Part shown: in pieces, positions 9,583 through 20,196 of the stretch
How the letters are laid out: every line of letters starts with the position of its first letter
Position numbering within the stretch: position 1 is the stretch's first letter
Assembly (NCBI GenBank): GCA_965214925.1
Contig: OZ244028.1
Span: 2,361,960-2,425,959, forward strand
Direction of reading: 5' to 3'
Source: Candidatus Latescibacterota bacterium
Lineage (GTDB): Bacteria; Latescibacterota; UBA2968
Length of the DNA stretch: 64,000 nt
Program-made: the position numbers and the translations under genes
Notes under the pieces: model-generated
Databases searched by the model: none
What the model saw: the letters and a program-made list of their open reading frames with translations, nothing else
Told to the model about the DNA's origin: nothing

Positions 9583-10599
9583 TTATTCTGTCCATTCTGC
9601 GGGATCGATATCCATCCACTTGGCATCGATCTCGCCCCACTTATTGGGCGCCGTGTCGATCTCGTATTTTGCAAACACCCGATCGATGGCTCGCTTGGTG
9701 TCCCCATCCAATGTCCATCCCAGCGCGCCCATATTGTCTTCGACTTCTTCCGGCTTTCGCGCGCCCACCAGTGCCGTGCTCACTGCGGGATGAGACAGCA
9801 CCCAATTCAGCGCGACATGCGGCAGTTTTTTGCCCAGCCCTTGGGCAATTTCTTTCAGATCATTCACCGCCCGAACATTGCGCTGAAATACACCCGGTTC
9901 AAACAGGCGCAAAGTCGTATTGCTGCCGCCTCTGCCGCGCCAGTCATTGGTTTCAAAAACCGTGTCTTCTGTAAACGCGCCAGCGAGCAAGCCATAAGCC
10001 AGCGACCCGTACGTCATCACGCCCACATTGTTTTTTCGCGCGTAGGGAAACGTCCATTTCACATGGCGGCGATCAAACAAATTACAGCCGTATTGCAAGA
10101 CATCCACGCGGCGCGCATCCATGCAGCGCGCAATTTCCGGGGGCGTAAAATTCGACAGGCCCACAAATCGCGCCTTCCCGCTTTGAACGAGTTCTTCCAG
10201 CGCGCCCATCGTCTCTTCAAAGGGTGTCTCGCGGTCGGGCCAATGCACGAGATACACATCCACGTAATCCGTATTCAGCATCTCCAAACTCTGCTCAATT
10301 GCCCGGTGTACCATCTCTTTGCTGCTGTCTCTGCCCTGCTCATATCCGATGCCAAACTTCGTGACCAAAATGACGTCTTCGCGCCTGGGTCCCAACGCGC
10401 GCGCGAGCAACCGTTCAGACGCGCCCTTGCCATATCCCTGCGCGGTATCAAAACAATTGATGCCCAGGTCAATGGCGCGATTGACCGCGGCAACGACCTC
10501 GCCGTCATCAAAAGACCCATAACCTCCGCCCAACTCCCAGCATCCAAAACCGATTGCCGAAACCTTCAATCCCGTCTGTCCAAACTCGCGGTATTCCAC
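9583..10599 (-). CDS. Aldo/keto reductase
   Basis: GFGCW, FDTAQGYG, TKFG, YLVHWPD, GLSNF. Confidence 0.93.
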   Translation of the reverse strand: MEYREFGQTGLKVSAIGFGCWELGGGYGSFDDGEVVAAVNRAIDLGINCFDTAQGYGKGASERLLARALGPRREDVILVTKFGIGYEQGRDSSKEMVHRAIEQSLEMLNTDYVDVYLVHWPDRETPFEETMGALEELVQSGKARFVGLSNFTPPEIARCMDARRVDVLQYGCNLFDRRHVKWTFPYARKNNVGVMTYGSLAYGLLAGAFTEDTVFETNDWRGRGGSNTTLRLFEPGVFQRNVRAVNDLKEIAQGLGKKLPHVALNWVLSHPAVSTALVGARKPEEVEDNMGALGWTLDGDTKRAIDRVFAKYEIDTAPNKWGEIDAKWMDIDPAEWTE

Positions 10600-10610
10600 A
10601 ATAGCCTCCT

Positions 10611-11687
10611 CTATACGCGTTCAAACTTCGGTTGCCGGGGCGCAAAATCTCGCGCCAAGTAATAGGGACAATCCCGCAACGGCAGATGGACGCGCGCGCC
10701 GCCCCGCTGGTGCGATTCGACACAGGCAAAGATCAGTTCTTGATTGGCGCGCGCGATCCGCGCGCCACACCGCGTGGGCTCGCCCGTATCGAGCGCGTGA
10801 ACCAAGTCTTCAATTAAGCGCACCGTTGAACTCGCCCGTTCCACTTTTGGAAAGTCACCCCATCCCAACACATTTCGCCCCCGGTGATCCCGGCCAACGA
10901 CCTCGCGCACCTGCCAGTCTTTCCCATTTTGCAAACTGGTTACGACCCCCGCATCCCCCACGGCTTCAACTTCCATGCCGCGTCCAGAATTGAGGGCATA
11001 AGCTGTCACGCCATTTTCAAACGCAATGACGCCGTGCCCCACGGGATCTGCCTTCAAACGATGCCCTTCAATCGCATCTGCACCGTGTGATAGGTGCGCC
11101 TGCACCCACTCTGCGGCACGGTCGCTGTTGAGGCGCGTCAACAGGTCAAAGCCATGGCTGGCCGTGTTGAAGAGGGAACCCGTCTGATGAATGATCAACG
11201 ACTGCAACTGCCCAATGCGCCCACTGTCAATCACCGCTTTCATGGTGTCGTACCCCGGATCCCACCGTCGATTGGTTCCCAGATTGAAAAATACGCCATT
11301 GCGCTCACACGCATCGACCATGGCATCGGCATCCGCCATCGACGCCGCCATGGCTTTTTCCGCATAAATCGCCTTTGCCCCGTGTTCCGCGGCATAGACC
11401 ACAATTTTTGATCGCTGCTCTGGCTGCGTGGCCACGCTCACGATATCGGGCTTTTCCGCGTGGATAAGTGCCCGATAATCCGCGTACTGCCGAGCTTTTG
11501 GAACCCCATACCGCTCGCCGGCTCGCGCCATCACATCCTCGCGCAGGTCCGAACACGCGATCAAGTCTGTGCGATCACATGCTTCGTATCCCGCCGCATG
11601 AGAATACGCCTCCGCGCGATCCACCTCGTTGTCAATAAACGCGCCCATCCGACTGCATCCAATCAGTGCTGCACGGTACGTTTTCAC
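10611..11687 (-). CDS. Gfo/Idh/MocA family oxidoreductase
   Basis: AALIGC, AEKAMA, NRRW, SHGFD; GTG start at 11687 with GGAGAG RBS. Confidence 0.88.
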   Translation of the reverse strand: MKTYRAALIGCSRMGAFIDNEVDRAEAYSHAAGYEACDRTDLIACSDLREDVMARAGERYGVPKARQYADYRALIHAEKPDIVSVATQPEQRSKIVVYAAEHGAKAIYAEKAMAASMADADAMVDACERNGVFFNLGTNRRWDPGYDTMKAVIDSGRIGQLQSLIIHQTGSLFNTASHGFDLLTRLNSDRAAEWVQAHLSHGADAIEGHRLKADPVGHGVIAFENGVTAYALNSGRGMEVEAVGDAGVVTSLQNGKDWQVREVVGRDHRGRNVLGWGDFPKVERASSTVRLIEDLVHALDTGEPTRCGARIARANQELIFACVESHQRGGARVHLPLRDCPYYLARDFAPRQPKFERV

Positions 11688-11768
11688 GGCCTCTCCTTTG
11701 CAAACACGCTGTCTTTCTCTCTCCCTTTCAGTATGCCATAAAGCGACGGGCAACACAATCACAATTTT

Positions 11769-13220
11769 TTATTGCCCTCTAAAGTCCTGCCAGAACCGCA
11801 TCACAAATGCCCAGGCAAACAAACGAACAGCGAGAATATACGCGAGGCACCCGACCATCCCCCCCAGCAGCAGGGCCTCGACATGCCCTAGATCCGTCAC
11901 TGAACGAACCGCGACCAGTGCAGCCGCGACCCCTAGCGTCGTCAGGAATGGTCGAACATAGGATTTTAGATAATCGACCATTCGCAGATCGATCAAACGG
12001 TTGACCAGTATTTGCGTGACCACGAGAAATACCGCGGCAAGCCCTGAAAGCACCGCGGCGACGCCCTCAATGCCATAGCGCACGCCCCAGTAGAGCGCGG
12101 GCACGAAAACGACCAGATTTGCAAGCGTCCATCTAAACGACCAATTTGCCTTTCCCTTGGCGAGAAAAACCGATCCCACAACTGTTCCCACAGCTTTGAG
12201 CATGCCCGCGACAATCAACAGCCTGAGCGGATTCAGGGCCGCCAACATTTCCTCGCCCTTGACGAATAATAAAATTTCTCGCGCGTAAATAAAGCCACTC
12301 GCCAGAACGGGCCAAGACACGAGGGCAATCACGGCAATGGCGCGCGCATATCCTCGGCGCAACGTCTGGTCATTGTCCTGCACCACGGAAAAAGTGGGGA
12401 AGATCACGCGCATTAAAATCATGCCCCCGTGGCTCAACGGCATCATCGTATATTGATAGACAAACGAATACAACGCCGTTGCCACAGGGCCCAGGTAAAT
12501 CGGAATGAAATAGCCCTTGTCCAAGTTGTTATTGATGTAATTCACGATATTGGCACCGGCGACGTTCAACCCGAACCCCAGAACTTCCCGAAGCACCCGC
12601 CACTGACAGGATAGGGCAGGCAGCCACGCCACCGAAATCCACAAACTGGTCAGCAGCGCGAACTCTCTGACAACGGCATTCCAAACCGCACTCTCTATGC
12701 CATACCCCCCGGCGAGCAGGCCCAGCCCCACCCCTGCTGCTGCCAGCACCGAGATAACCTCGCTAAATGCAATCGCGCGAAAATTCAGATTGCGCGCCAG
12801 ACGCGCGCGCATCACCCCGGAAACAGAAGCGGCCGGAATGATCAACGCCAGCGGTTGCAACACGCTTGCAAACGCATGGGCCTCGACATCCTGTGCCCAG
12901 TGCGCCACCCGTGTTCCCAACGCGGATGCCCCGAAAAACAGCCCCAGATAGAGAACGCATCCAGACCCGAGGCAAGCCCAAAAAGCCGCGTTAAAATGGG
13001 CATCGCGGGCATCTCGATGTTTTACCAGTGCATCATTCAGCCCCAAAGTGCCGAACAAGGGCAACAAAACCACGACCCGCAGTGCCCATGTGAAATATCC
13101 CATATCTTCCAGATTTAACATCCGAAAGAAAATCAATGTCACGACCAGTTGCACGCTCAACCCGCCACTGGTCCAAAACGCACCGCGCACCGCGCGCGTT
13201 GCCAGAGATTGATCGCTCAC
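11769..13220 (-). CDS. Wzx-like polysaccharide/O-antigen flippase (MOP superfamily)
   Basis: SLATRAVRGAFW start, many TM segments, NNLDK and FPTFS motifs. Confidence 0.85.
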   Translation of the reverse strand: MSDQSLATRAVRGAFWTSGGLSVQLVVTLIFFRMLNLEDMGYFTWALRVVVLLPLFGTLGLNDALVKHRDARDAHFNAAFWACLGSGCVLYLGLFFGASALGTRVAHWAQDVEAHAFASVLQPLALIIPAASVSGVMRARLARNLNFRAIAFSEVISVLAAAGVGLGLLAGGYGIESAVWNAVVREFALLTSLWISVAWLPALSCQWRVLREVLGFGLNVAGANIVNYINNNLDKGYFIPIYLGPVATALYSFVYQYTMMPLSHGGMILMRVIFPTFSVVQDNDQTLRRGYARAIAVIALVSWPVLASGFIYAREILLFVKGEEMLAALNPLRLLIVAGMLKAVGTVVGSVFLAKGKANWSFRWTLANLVVFVPALYWGVRYGIEGVAAVLSGLAAVFLVVTQILVNRLIDLRMVDYLKSYVRPFLTTLGVAAALVAVRSVTDLGHVEALLLGGMVGCLAYILAVRLFAWAFVMRFWQDFRGQ

Positions 13221-13343
13221 ACACGCCCTCCAAAACGAATCAGCGCACAGGCGTAGCCCATCTACCTATCCGCAGACAGGTACACCGCTCCGTCTATTCG
13301 TCCCCCGCCTTTCATTCGCAATTCGCAATTGCCTTTCATCTAC

Positions 13344-15299
13344 CTACCATGAATGCATGTGATGCCCGCGCCCGGGAAACCAGATTTGATCCACCACGTA
13401 GGAAGTGAACACGGCGAGCCCATAGCCCACCAGCATGCCCACAAAAAAGGGCCGACTGCGCCGATAGAGCGATGCCCCACCCATGCGAAGAATAATGGCT
13501 TTGACACTCCACGCAATAAAAATGGACATGGTCGAATGCATCGCGTGCCCCACCGGCACGATCATCCCCATCGGATGCAGAGGCCACCACGTAAAGCGAT
13601 ACCGCAAAAAACTCATGACACTAAAAATGAGCACACCCGCGCCGAGAAACACATAGCGCTCGGGTTTGTATTCGGGCACTTCTTTTAGGGCTTTTACCAG
13701 ACTGTCGTACACGCGCGGCGGATAGCGCGTAAATGGAAGGTCATTAAAGTTATACGCGCCGTATGTATAGCTCAAAAAAAGCGTCAGAATGATTGTGCCA
13801 CCGATCCCCACGACCAGCGTCAAGAGCGCGGTCATCAACAAACGTCCTTTTTGCTGCGGGATCAACTCGCCCAACTTGGCAACGTGAACCAAAGGCACCA
13901 TAAACATCGCTTTGCTCTGACAACGCAGGGCAGAGAACAAGGTGATCGACGTGCGCGCAGCGGGCGAATAATCTGCCGGGTGAAAAAACAAATCTGTAAA
14001 TCCCGCCTCGGTGATCGGCATGCTCATGTACACCACGCCGGTTTCGGCAATCACGCGGGCGAGTCCAATATAGGCAATGAACAAGCCCATGGTCAGCAGG
14101 CACACAAATTTCCATTCCAAGCCCATGGTACGCAACCACAACAACAGGAACACCACGCAGACCCCAAGCGAAACAACCGCCATGCGATGCGACATCAACT
14201 CGCCCGAATCATCCACCCGATCAGCGCCCCACAACGCCTTGCGAAACACGTCCTTCAGATGTAGCCGCGCGGTCCAGAATGTCCAGAACACCAGTGCGAT
14301 AAATGCACCGGCACTTTGCAAGCCAGCAACCGCATCGCCGGGTCCCGTTTTGGCCGACAGCGTGAACCCAATGCGGCGAAAAAAAGCAATTTCATTGAGG
14401 TACAAAAGGTGAAAGACCAGAATGGAAAACAACACATCCACATTGGCAAAATACGCAAAGCCAATCGTAAAAAAATTCACACCTGTATGCTGTGGCGGAT
14501 AAAAGCGGGCAAAATAGAACCACTGCTGTCCCAACCAGATAATGGGAATGCCGGGGTTGAAATAGGACAGGATATTCCACGCTTTAAGAAAAAAAATCAG
14601 ACCACACCCAATCCAGAACAACCGATTGTAAAAAATGCCTTCCCGCTTTGGCGCGTCCGCGACCGAGGCCAGATCGACAGATGGACCGAGCACGGGATAG
14701 GCCACGCGCTCGTGCTCAGACCACTGTTTGCGCAAAATACTCGACAGCACCACCGAGGCTATCACAATGGCTGCAATGGCACTCAACCACCAGAACAGCG
14801 GCACGACCCACACATCCCATGGAATGGATTGCCCCGCGGGCAGGCCCTCGTAAAGCCATTGCATGGCTCTGCCCTCATTGCTCGGAACCAACCACTCGGG
14901 CAAATGCGGATGGACAAATTCGGACCATTGATTTTCAGGGGTCGCCAGATAATGCGGCACCGAAATCATGCCCAAAAAAAAACTCGTCAAACCGTATGCG
15001 GGAATGGCCGCGGCCAAAAGGCCCATCGCCAGGACCACCAACAATTCGGTTTGACGCAGCGCGCTGCGGGGTTTTATCCAGCGCAACAACTGATTCAGCA
15101 GCACCACCAGCACATAGGTACACAACAAGACCATGGGGAAATGGCTGATATTCATGCGCGATGTATGGGCGAGGTACTCGGCATGCGTGTTCCAAAACGC
15201 AATCCACAGCACCATCGTCAGCCCAAAAAGAACCGCTCTGAGCGTCAGGCCCTCGCGCGTTGCAGCGGACGGCCTGTTTGATTCTCGAGCTTCAGCCAT
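13344..15299 (-). CDS. Polytopic membrane protein (DUF6785/DUF6784-like putative transporter)
   Basis: LTLRAVLFG, LRKQWSEHER..YP, WWPLHPMG, RPFFVG motifs; many TM helices. Confidence 0.7.
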   Translation of the reverse strand: MAEARESNRPSAATREGLTLRAVLFGLTMVLWIAFWNTHAEYLAHTSRMNISHFPMVLLCTYVLVVLLNQLLRWIKPRSALRQTELLVVLAMGLLAAAIPAYGLTSFFLGMISVPHYLATPENQWSEFVHPHLPEWLVPSNEGRAMQWLYEGLPAGQSIPWDVWVVPLFWWLSAIAAIVIASVVLSSILRKQWSEHERVAYPVLGPSVDLASVADAPKREGIFYNRLFWIGCGLIFFLKAWNILSYFNPGIPIIWLGQQWFYFARFYPPQHTGVNFFTIGFAYFANVDVLFSILVFHLLYLNEIAFFRRIGFTLSAKTGPGDAVAGLQSAGAFIALVFWTFWTARLHLKDVFRKALWGADRVDDSGELMSHRMAVVSLGVCVVFLLLWLRTMGLEWKFVCLLTMGLFIAYIGLARVIAETGVVYMSMPITEAGFTDLFFHPADYSPAARTSITLFSALRCQSKAMFMVPLVHVAKLGELIPQQKGRLLMTALLTLVVGIGGTIILTLFLSYTYGAYNFNDLPFTRYPPRVYDSLVKALKEVPEYKPERYVFLGAGVLIFSVMSFLRYRFTWWPLHPMGMIVPVGHAMHSTMSIFIAWSVKAIILRMGGASLYRRSRPFFVGMLVGYGLAVFTSYVVDQIWFPGRGHHMHSW

Positions 15300-15310
15300 A
15301 AACCACCTGT

Positions 15311-15760
15311 TCACGCAAATCCATCTGCCCGATGCCCCCACAAGTGACGCTCAAAGGTCGCACAGCCAGTGGCACTTTGGCCGATTTGCCGCAATCCGGC
15401 CGCTTCAAACACGCGCGCCGCGCCTGTTCTATCGCGGGGCACGACCCCTTCCAACAAGCGCACCCCCGCGTCGCGCAGCTGTTCTACCAGGGCATTGACC
15501 AGCAAAGTTGCCACGCCAAAGCGCCGATGGTTGGCATCCACACCCAACCCGACAATCACAGCCTGCATTTCATCCTGCTGCCATGCCACAAAACCAATCC
15601 CTTCATCGCCCTGCACGGCCACGAGCGTCCGTTCCGTCGAGATGGATACCCGCCCATAAGACGAATCGATAACACATTGCGGACCAATATCCTGCACCAG
15701 GGCGTCAAGTGCCATGCCATCGGAAACCATTGCCGGACGCACGGTTAAATTGGGTAGCAT
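15311..15760 (-). CDS. GNAT family acetyltransferase
   Basis: LGVDANHRRFGVATLL acetyl-CoA binding motif A. Confidence 0.75.
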   Translation of the reverse strand: MLPNLTVRPAMVSDGMALDALVQDIGPQCVIDSSYGRVSISTERTLVAVQGDEGIGFVAWQQDEMQAVIVGLGVDANHRRFGVATLLVNALVEQLRDAGVRLLEGVVPRDRTGAARVFEAAGLRQIGQSATGCATFERHLWGHRADGFA

Positions 15761-15963
15761 GATGAAGTGGGGCTATGGCAGCCTGCATCTTTTGCCCAAA
15801 GCACCCCTCGCGGTTGACGTTGACGAGGACTTACGTTTCTATCTCGCCATTGAGGGAAGTGGCGCAAGTCCGCCGAAAAAAGAAAAACCCATGAGTGAAG
15901 CACGAGAACGGGAAGGCGGCAGCAAAGCGCACGGGAGGTGGATTGATCTCTGAACCACGGCTT

Positions 15964-16341
15964 TCACCGTTCGAGCAACTCGATCTCATAGCCATCCGGA
16001 TCATCGACAAACGCCATTTTGCGGCCCGTGGGGAACGTCTCGCGCCAATCCCCAGGCCAAATTTCAAGCCCTTTCTTTTCCAGTTCATCGCAAAACGCGA
16101 TCAAATCGGGCACGCCAATAGCAAGGTGCATCAAGTCCTCGGGCACATCCAACACGTAATCATCCGAATAGGTCAATTCCAGGGTGTGGGCATTGCCCGG
16201 CAATTCTAGATGGCAGATTTGGTTGCCTGCCGGTGATTTGTCTGACCGGCTTTTCACCACAAAGCCAAAGTGATCGCAATAATATTGGATGGACCTGTCC
16301 AAATCGCTTACGCGAATGCGCGTGTGAAGAAATACGGCCAT
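15964..16341 (-). CDS. VOC family protein (lactoylglutathione lyase-like)
   Basis: LHTRIRVSDLDRS, LELTY, HLAIGV, FVDDPDGYEIEL. Confidence 0.88.
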   Translation of the reverse strand: MAVFLHTRIRVSDLDRSIQYYCDHFGFVVKSRSDKSPAGNQICHLELPGNAHTLELTYSDDYVLDVPEDLMHLAIGVPDLIAFCDELEKKGLEIWPGDWRETFPTGRKMAFVDDPDGYEIELLER

Positions 16342-16541
16342 CGAAACCCCCTTTGAAAAATGAAGTTAAAACGCGATTCACACTTGTTGTCACCGCCATC
16401 AAAGATACATGGGAATGAGACAAACACAAGTAATAAGGTAAAAGGCGCGTTTGGGTTTGGGTCAATGGTCTCGTGCCCCCGAATATGGAAGAGATTCGAG
16501 ATAACTGAGAATGTGCAAAGAACCGTGCCATGCTTGTCGTG

Positions 16542-19178
16542 CTAGTGGGCATTTGACACAAAAATGGGTTCATCTGCGTTCATCTGTGGTTGCACTTCCA
16601 ACTCTCCGCTCACCACATCCACGTCAATTTGCGCGCCATCGGGGATGTCCCCGCGGATCAACGCGCGTCCAATGCGCGTTTCCAACTCGTGCTGCAAGAA
16701 CCGCTTGAGGGGCCGCGCGCCAAACACGGGATCAAACCCTTTGCGCGCGATAAACGCCTTGGCAGATTCTGAAAGTGCGAGGTCGATCTGCCTGTCGGAC
16801 AGTCGGTTGCGGAGATCCACAATGAGCAGATCCACAATTTGGGCAATTTCCGACAACAACAGCGGTTTGAACAGCACGATATCATCCACGCGGTTGAGAA
16901 ATTCGGGCCTAAAATGCTGTCGCAGTTCCGCCATCACCGCATCGCGAGCAGACGCGCGGATTTCGCCGTCATCCGTCACCCCCTCGAGCAGATACGGCGA
17001 ACCGATGTTCGACGTCATAATTACGACCGTATTCTTAAAATCCACCACATGACCTTGTGCATCTGTCAATCGACCGTCGTCGAGCAACTGAAGCAACACA
17101 TGGAACACATCGCCATGCGCCTTTTCAATCTCGTCGAACAAAATCACCGCATACGGCTTTCGGCGCACGGCTTCGGTCAGTTGCCCGCCTTCGTCATAAC
17201 CGATGTAACCCGGGGGCGCGCCGATCAAACGCGAGACCGCGTGCCTTTCCATGTATTCGCTCATATCGATGCGGATCATGCTGTCTTCGCTGTCAAAGAG
17301 TGCCTCGGCCAGCGCGCGCGCGAGTTCGGTCTTGCCAACGCCGGTCGGCCCCAAAAAAATGAATGACCCAATGGGACGACGCGGGTCTTTGATCCCCGCG
17401 CGCGCGCGAATCACTGCATCGGCCACCAAGGCCACTGCTTCATCCTGACCGATGACGCGTTCGTGCAAAATATCGTCCAATCGCAGCAACTTCTCGCGCT
17501 TCCCCTCCACCAATCGCGTCACCGGAATACCCGTCCACCGCGACACGGTCTCGGCAATTTCCGCTTCCGTCACCTCTTCGCGCAACAGGCGATTGTCCGC
17601 GATTTGAGGGCTTTCAGCCGCTTTGAGTTGCCGTTCCAACTCGGGCAATTTGCCGTGCTTCAACTCAGCGGCGCGGTTGAGATCGTACTGCCGCTCGGCC
17701 TCTTCGATCTCGCGCTTTGTCTGCTCAATCTCCTCTCGCAACGCGCGCACCCCACCGAGGGCCTGCTTTTCGTTCTCCCACTGCACGCGCATCGCATCTG
17801 CCTGTCCCCGCAAATCGGCCAATTCCCTCTGAAGCTCTTGCAACCGATCCCGGCTCGATTCGTCCTTTTCCTTTTTGAGCGCGGCTTCTTCGATCTCGAG
17901 CTGCATCACGCGACGGGTCACCGCATCCAGTTCAGACGGCATGGAATCGATCTCTGTACGCACCATCGCGCAGGCTTCATCCACCAAATCAATGGCTTTG
18001 TCGGGCAAAAACCGATCCGAGATGTACCGGTCAGACAACACCACGGCATTGACCACGGCATTGTCCTGAATCCGCACCCCGTGATGCACCTCAAATCGCT
18101 CGCGCAAACCCCGCAAAATCGAAATCGCGTCCGCAACAGATGGGGCATCCACCATCACGGGTTGAAAGCGACGCTCTAAAGCCGCGTCTTTCTCGAGGTA
18201 CTGCCGGTGTTCATTGAGCGTTGTCGCCCCAATGCAGTGCAATTCGCCGCGCGCCAGCATGGGTTTGAGCATATTGCCCGCGTCCGTGGATCCCTCGGTC
18301 TTGCCCGCGCCCACGATGGTGTGAACCTCGTCGATGAACAACAATATGTGCCCGTCGCTCTGTTTGATCTCATTCAAAACAGCCTTTAAACGCTCTTCAA
18401 ATTCCCCCCGGTACTTGGCCCCGGCCATCAACGCGCCCATATCCAGCGAAAAAATTGACCGATCTTTGAGCCACTCGGGCACATCGCCCCGCACAATGCG
18501 CTGCGCCAAGCCCTCGATAATCGCGGTTTTGCCCACCCCGGGTTCGCCGATCAGCACCGGATTATTTTTGGTCTTGCGCGACAAAATGCGAATCACGCGT
18601 CGAATTTCTTCATCGCGCCCAATCACGGGGTCCAATTTGCCCTTGCGCGCTTCCGCGACCAGATCCATGCCGTATTTTTCTAGGGCTTCATACGCCACTT
18701 CGGGATTGGCACTGGTCACCCGCTGATTGCCGCGAATCTGTGTCAGAACAGAGAGAAAATTGTCCCGCGTCACATTAAACTGCTTCAAAATGCGACCCGC
18801 CGGGGTTTTATCGCCTTCGCGGATTAGGGCCAACAGCAGATGCTCGACCGAGACATACTCATCCTTCAGCCTGCGCGCCTCTTCCTGCGCGGCCAAAAAC
18901 AACTTCTGAAAACGCGGCGTCACATAAATTTTGCCGTGTTCAACACCCGATCCAGAAACTTTTGGCAGCCGCGCCAATGCCTTTTCAACTTCTGATTTGA
19001 GGGCATCGCCCTGCACCTGCATCCGCGTGAGCATGCGGGGCAACATGCCCTCCTCTTGCTCGAGCAAACCGGCGAGCAGATGTTCCCCATCCACTTCCTG
19101 ATGCCCACATCGCAGTGCTATGGCCTGTGCCTGCTGCACGGCCTCGTGCGATTTCTGTGTCAATGTGTTCATATCCAT
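16542..19178 (-). CDS. clpB: ATP-dependent chaperone ClpB
   Basis: Two AAA+ modules ([16 protein letters not shown]), coiled-coil M domain, GARPLKR. Confidence 0.98.
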   Translation of the reverse strand: MDMNTLTQKSHEAVQQAQAIALRCGHQEVDGEHLLAGLLEQEEGMLPRMLTRMQVQGDALKSEVEKALARLPKVSGSGVEHGKIYVTPRFQKLFLAAQEEARRLKDEYVSVEHLLLALIREGDKTPAGRILKQFNVTRDNFLSVLTQIRGNQRVTSANPEVAYEALEKYGMDLVAEARKGKLDPVIGRDEEIRRVIRILSRKTKNNPVLIGEPGVGKTAIIEGLAQRIVRGDVPEWLKDRSIFSLDMGALMAGAKYRGEFEERLKAVLNEIKQSDGHILLFIDEVHTIVGAGKTEGSTDAGNMLKPMLARGELHCIGATTLNEHRQYLEKDAALERRFQPVMVDAPSVADAISILRGLRERFEVHHGVRIQDNAVVNAVVLSDRYISDRFLPDKAIDLVDEACAMVRTEIDSMPSELDAVTRRVMQLEIEEAALKKEKDESSRDRLQELQRELADLRGQADAMRVQWENEKQALGGVRALREEIEQTKREIEEAERQYDLNRAAELKHGKLPELERQLKAAESPQIADNRLLREEVTEAEIAETVSRWTGIPVTRLVEGKREKLLRLDDILHERVIGQDEAVALVADAVIRARAGIKDPRRPIGSFIFLGPTGVGKTELARALAEALFDSEDSMIRIDMSEYMERHAVSRLIGAPPGYIGYDEGGQLTEAVRRKPYAVILFDEIEKAHGDVFHVLLQLLDDGRLTDAQGHVVDFKNTVVIMTSNIGSPYLLEGVTDDGEIRASARDAVMAELRQHFRPEFLNRVDDIVLFKPLLLSEIAQIVDLLIVDLRNRLSDRQIDLALSESAKAFIARKGFDPVFGARPLKRFLQHELETRIGRALIRGDIPDGAQIDVDVVSGELEVQPQMNADEPIFVSNAH

Positions 19179-19236
19179 TTTGTTTCCTCCGCAAGATGAG
19201 AGGGACTCTCGCGTTTTGTATCTTAAAATGATGATT

Positions 19237-19261
19237 GGGCAACCACAAGGGTTGCCCCTAC
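19237..19261. repeat. REP-like palindrome GGGCAACCACAAGGGTTGCCCCTAC (also at ~25800, 36687, 36729, 38928 reversed, 45888)
   Basis: Imperfect hairpin with a GTAG/CTAC foot; six dispersed copies in the window. Confidence 0.85.
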
Positions 19262-19413
19262 ATGAATGGATGGCTACTGGTGGGTGGCCTTCTCACCCAT
19301 TCGCTACGCTCAGGGCAGGCTATCTCACTTCTTGCATCTCGCGCCTTTCACGCATTGGGCCACCCCGCTTTTCTGCTTGCGAGATGGCCCAAAGAATCTG
19401 CTGGATTGCCCGA

Positions 19414-19833
19414 TTACGATACCGCGACTTTAATTTGGCGCGGTTTTGCCGCTTCGGACTTGGGCAAGGTCAGGGTCAAGATCCCATCCTTGTAATTCGC
19501 CACAATTTTATCGGCATCTACTTCTGCACCGAGACCAAAAGCGCGCTTAAAGAATCCGTAAGATCGCTCGCGGCGGAAGAAATGCTTATCCTTCTGCTCG
19601 TCTTCTTGCTTTCGCTCGCCTTCAATGGTGAGCATATTGTCTTCGAGCGTCACCTTGATATCTTCCTTGCGAAGCCCGGGCAGTTCCGCGTGAACGGTGA
19701 AGTCCGCATCCGACTCTGCCACATCAACTCTGGGATGCCATCCTGTGCCATAACCCGTCCACGTGTCCAGCAAGTTGTCAATTTCACGCTGAAGCGCGAA
19801 AGACTCACGGGGTTGCCAACGAATGAGTGCCAT
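19414..19833 (-). CDS. Small heat-shock protein Hsp20
   Basis: PRVDV, AELPG, ERSYGFFKR, YKDGILTLTLPK, IKV C-terminal motif. Confidence 0.95.
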   Translation of the reverse strand: MALIRWQPRESFALQREIDNLLDTWTGYGTGWHPRVDVAESDADFTVHAELPGLRKEDIKVTLEDNMLTIEGERKQEDEQKDKHFFRRERSYGFFKRAFGLGAEVDADKIVANYKDGILTLTLPKSEAAKPRQIKVAVS

Positions 19834-19891
19834 CTTCTACCTCCTGTTTGAATTGTGAAACGGTTGATTGGTTGTCTCGCTTCCTTTTTAT

Positions 19892-19907
19892 TGCAACCCC
19901 TGTGCCA
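19892..19907 (-). promoter_or_regulatory. sigma54 (-24/-12) promoter upstream of hsp20-clpB
   Basis: TGGCAC-AGGGG-TTGCA with exact consensus spacing. Confidence 0.75.
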
Positions 19908-20196
19908 CAATTTTTGATTTTCTCGAAAATCACAATAACGCGCTGTAAATCAATGATTTAAGATCACTAAATTTTTTTTTAATTTTGCCAGCGATCTGCT
20001 CCGTCTCCACACCTGCCAGATCGCCACCAAAATCCTCATTTTGACACACGCCGACCTGTCTGCGCGGACGCGCAGGCAGACAATCTGGCACGAGACAGAC
20101 GTGCAAAAAACTTACCCTCCCCACTTTCCAAATGGGTATATTAGGCGAGAAACAACCCATCCCCACACGTCTCGCGCGTTTCCAGGAGACAATGCA

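Noticed and set aside
16514-16530. sigma54-like site TGGCACGGTTCTTTGCA upstream of the VOC gene
   Set aside because: GG-to-GC spacing is one base too long for sigma54.
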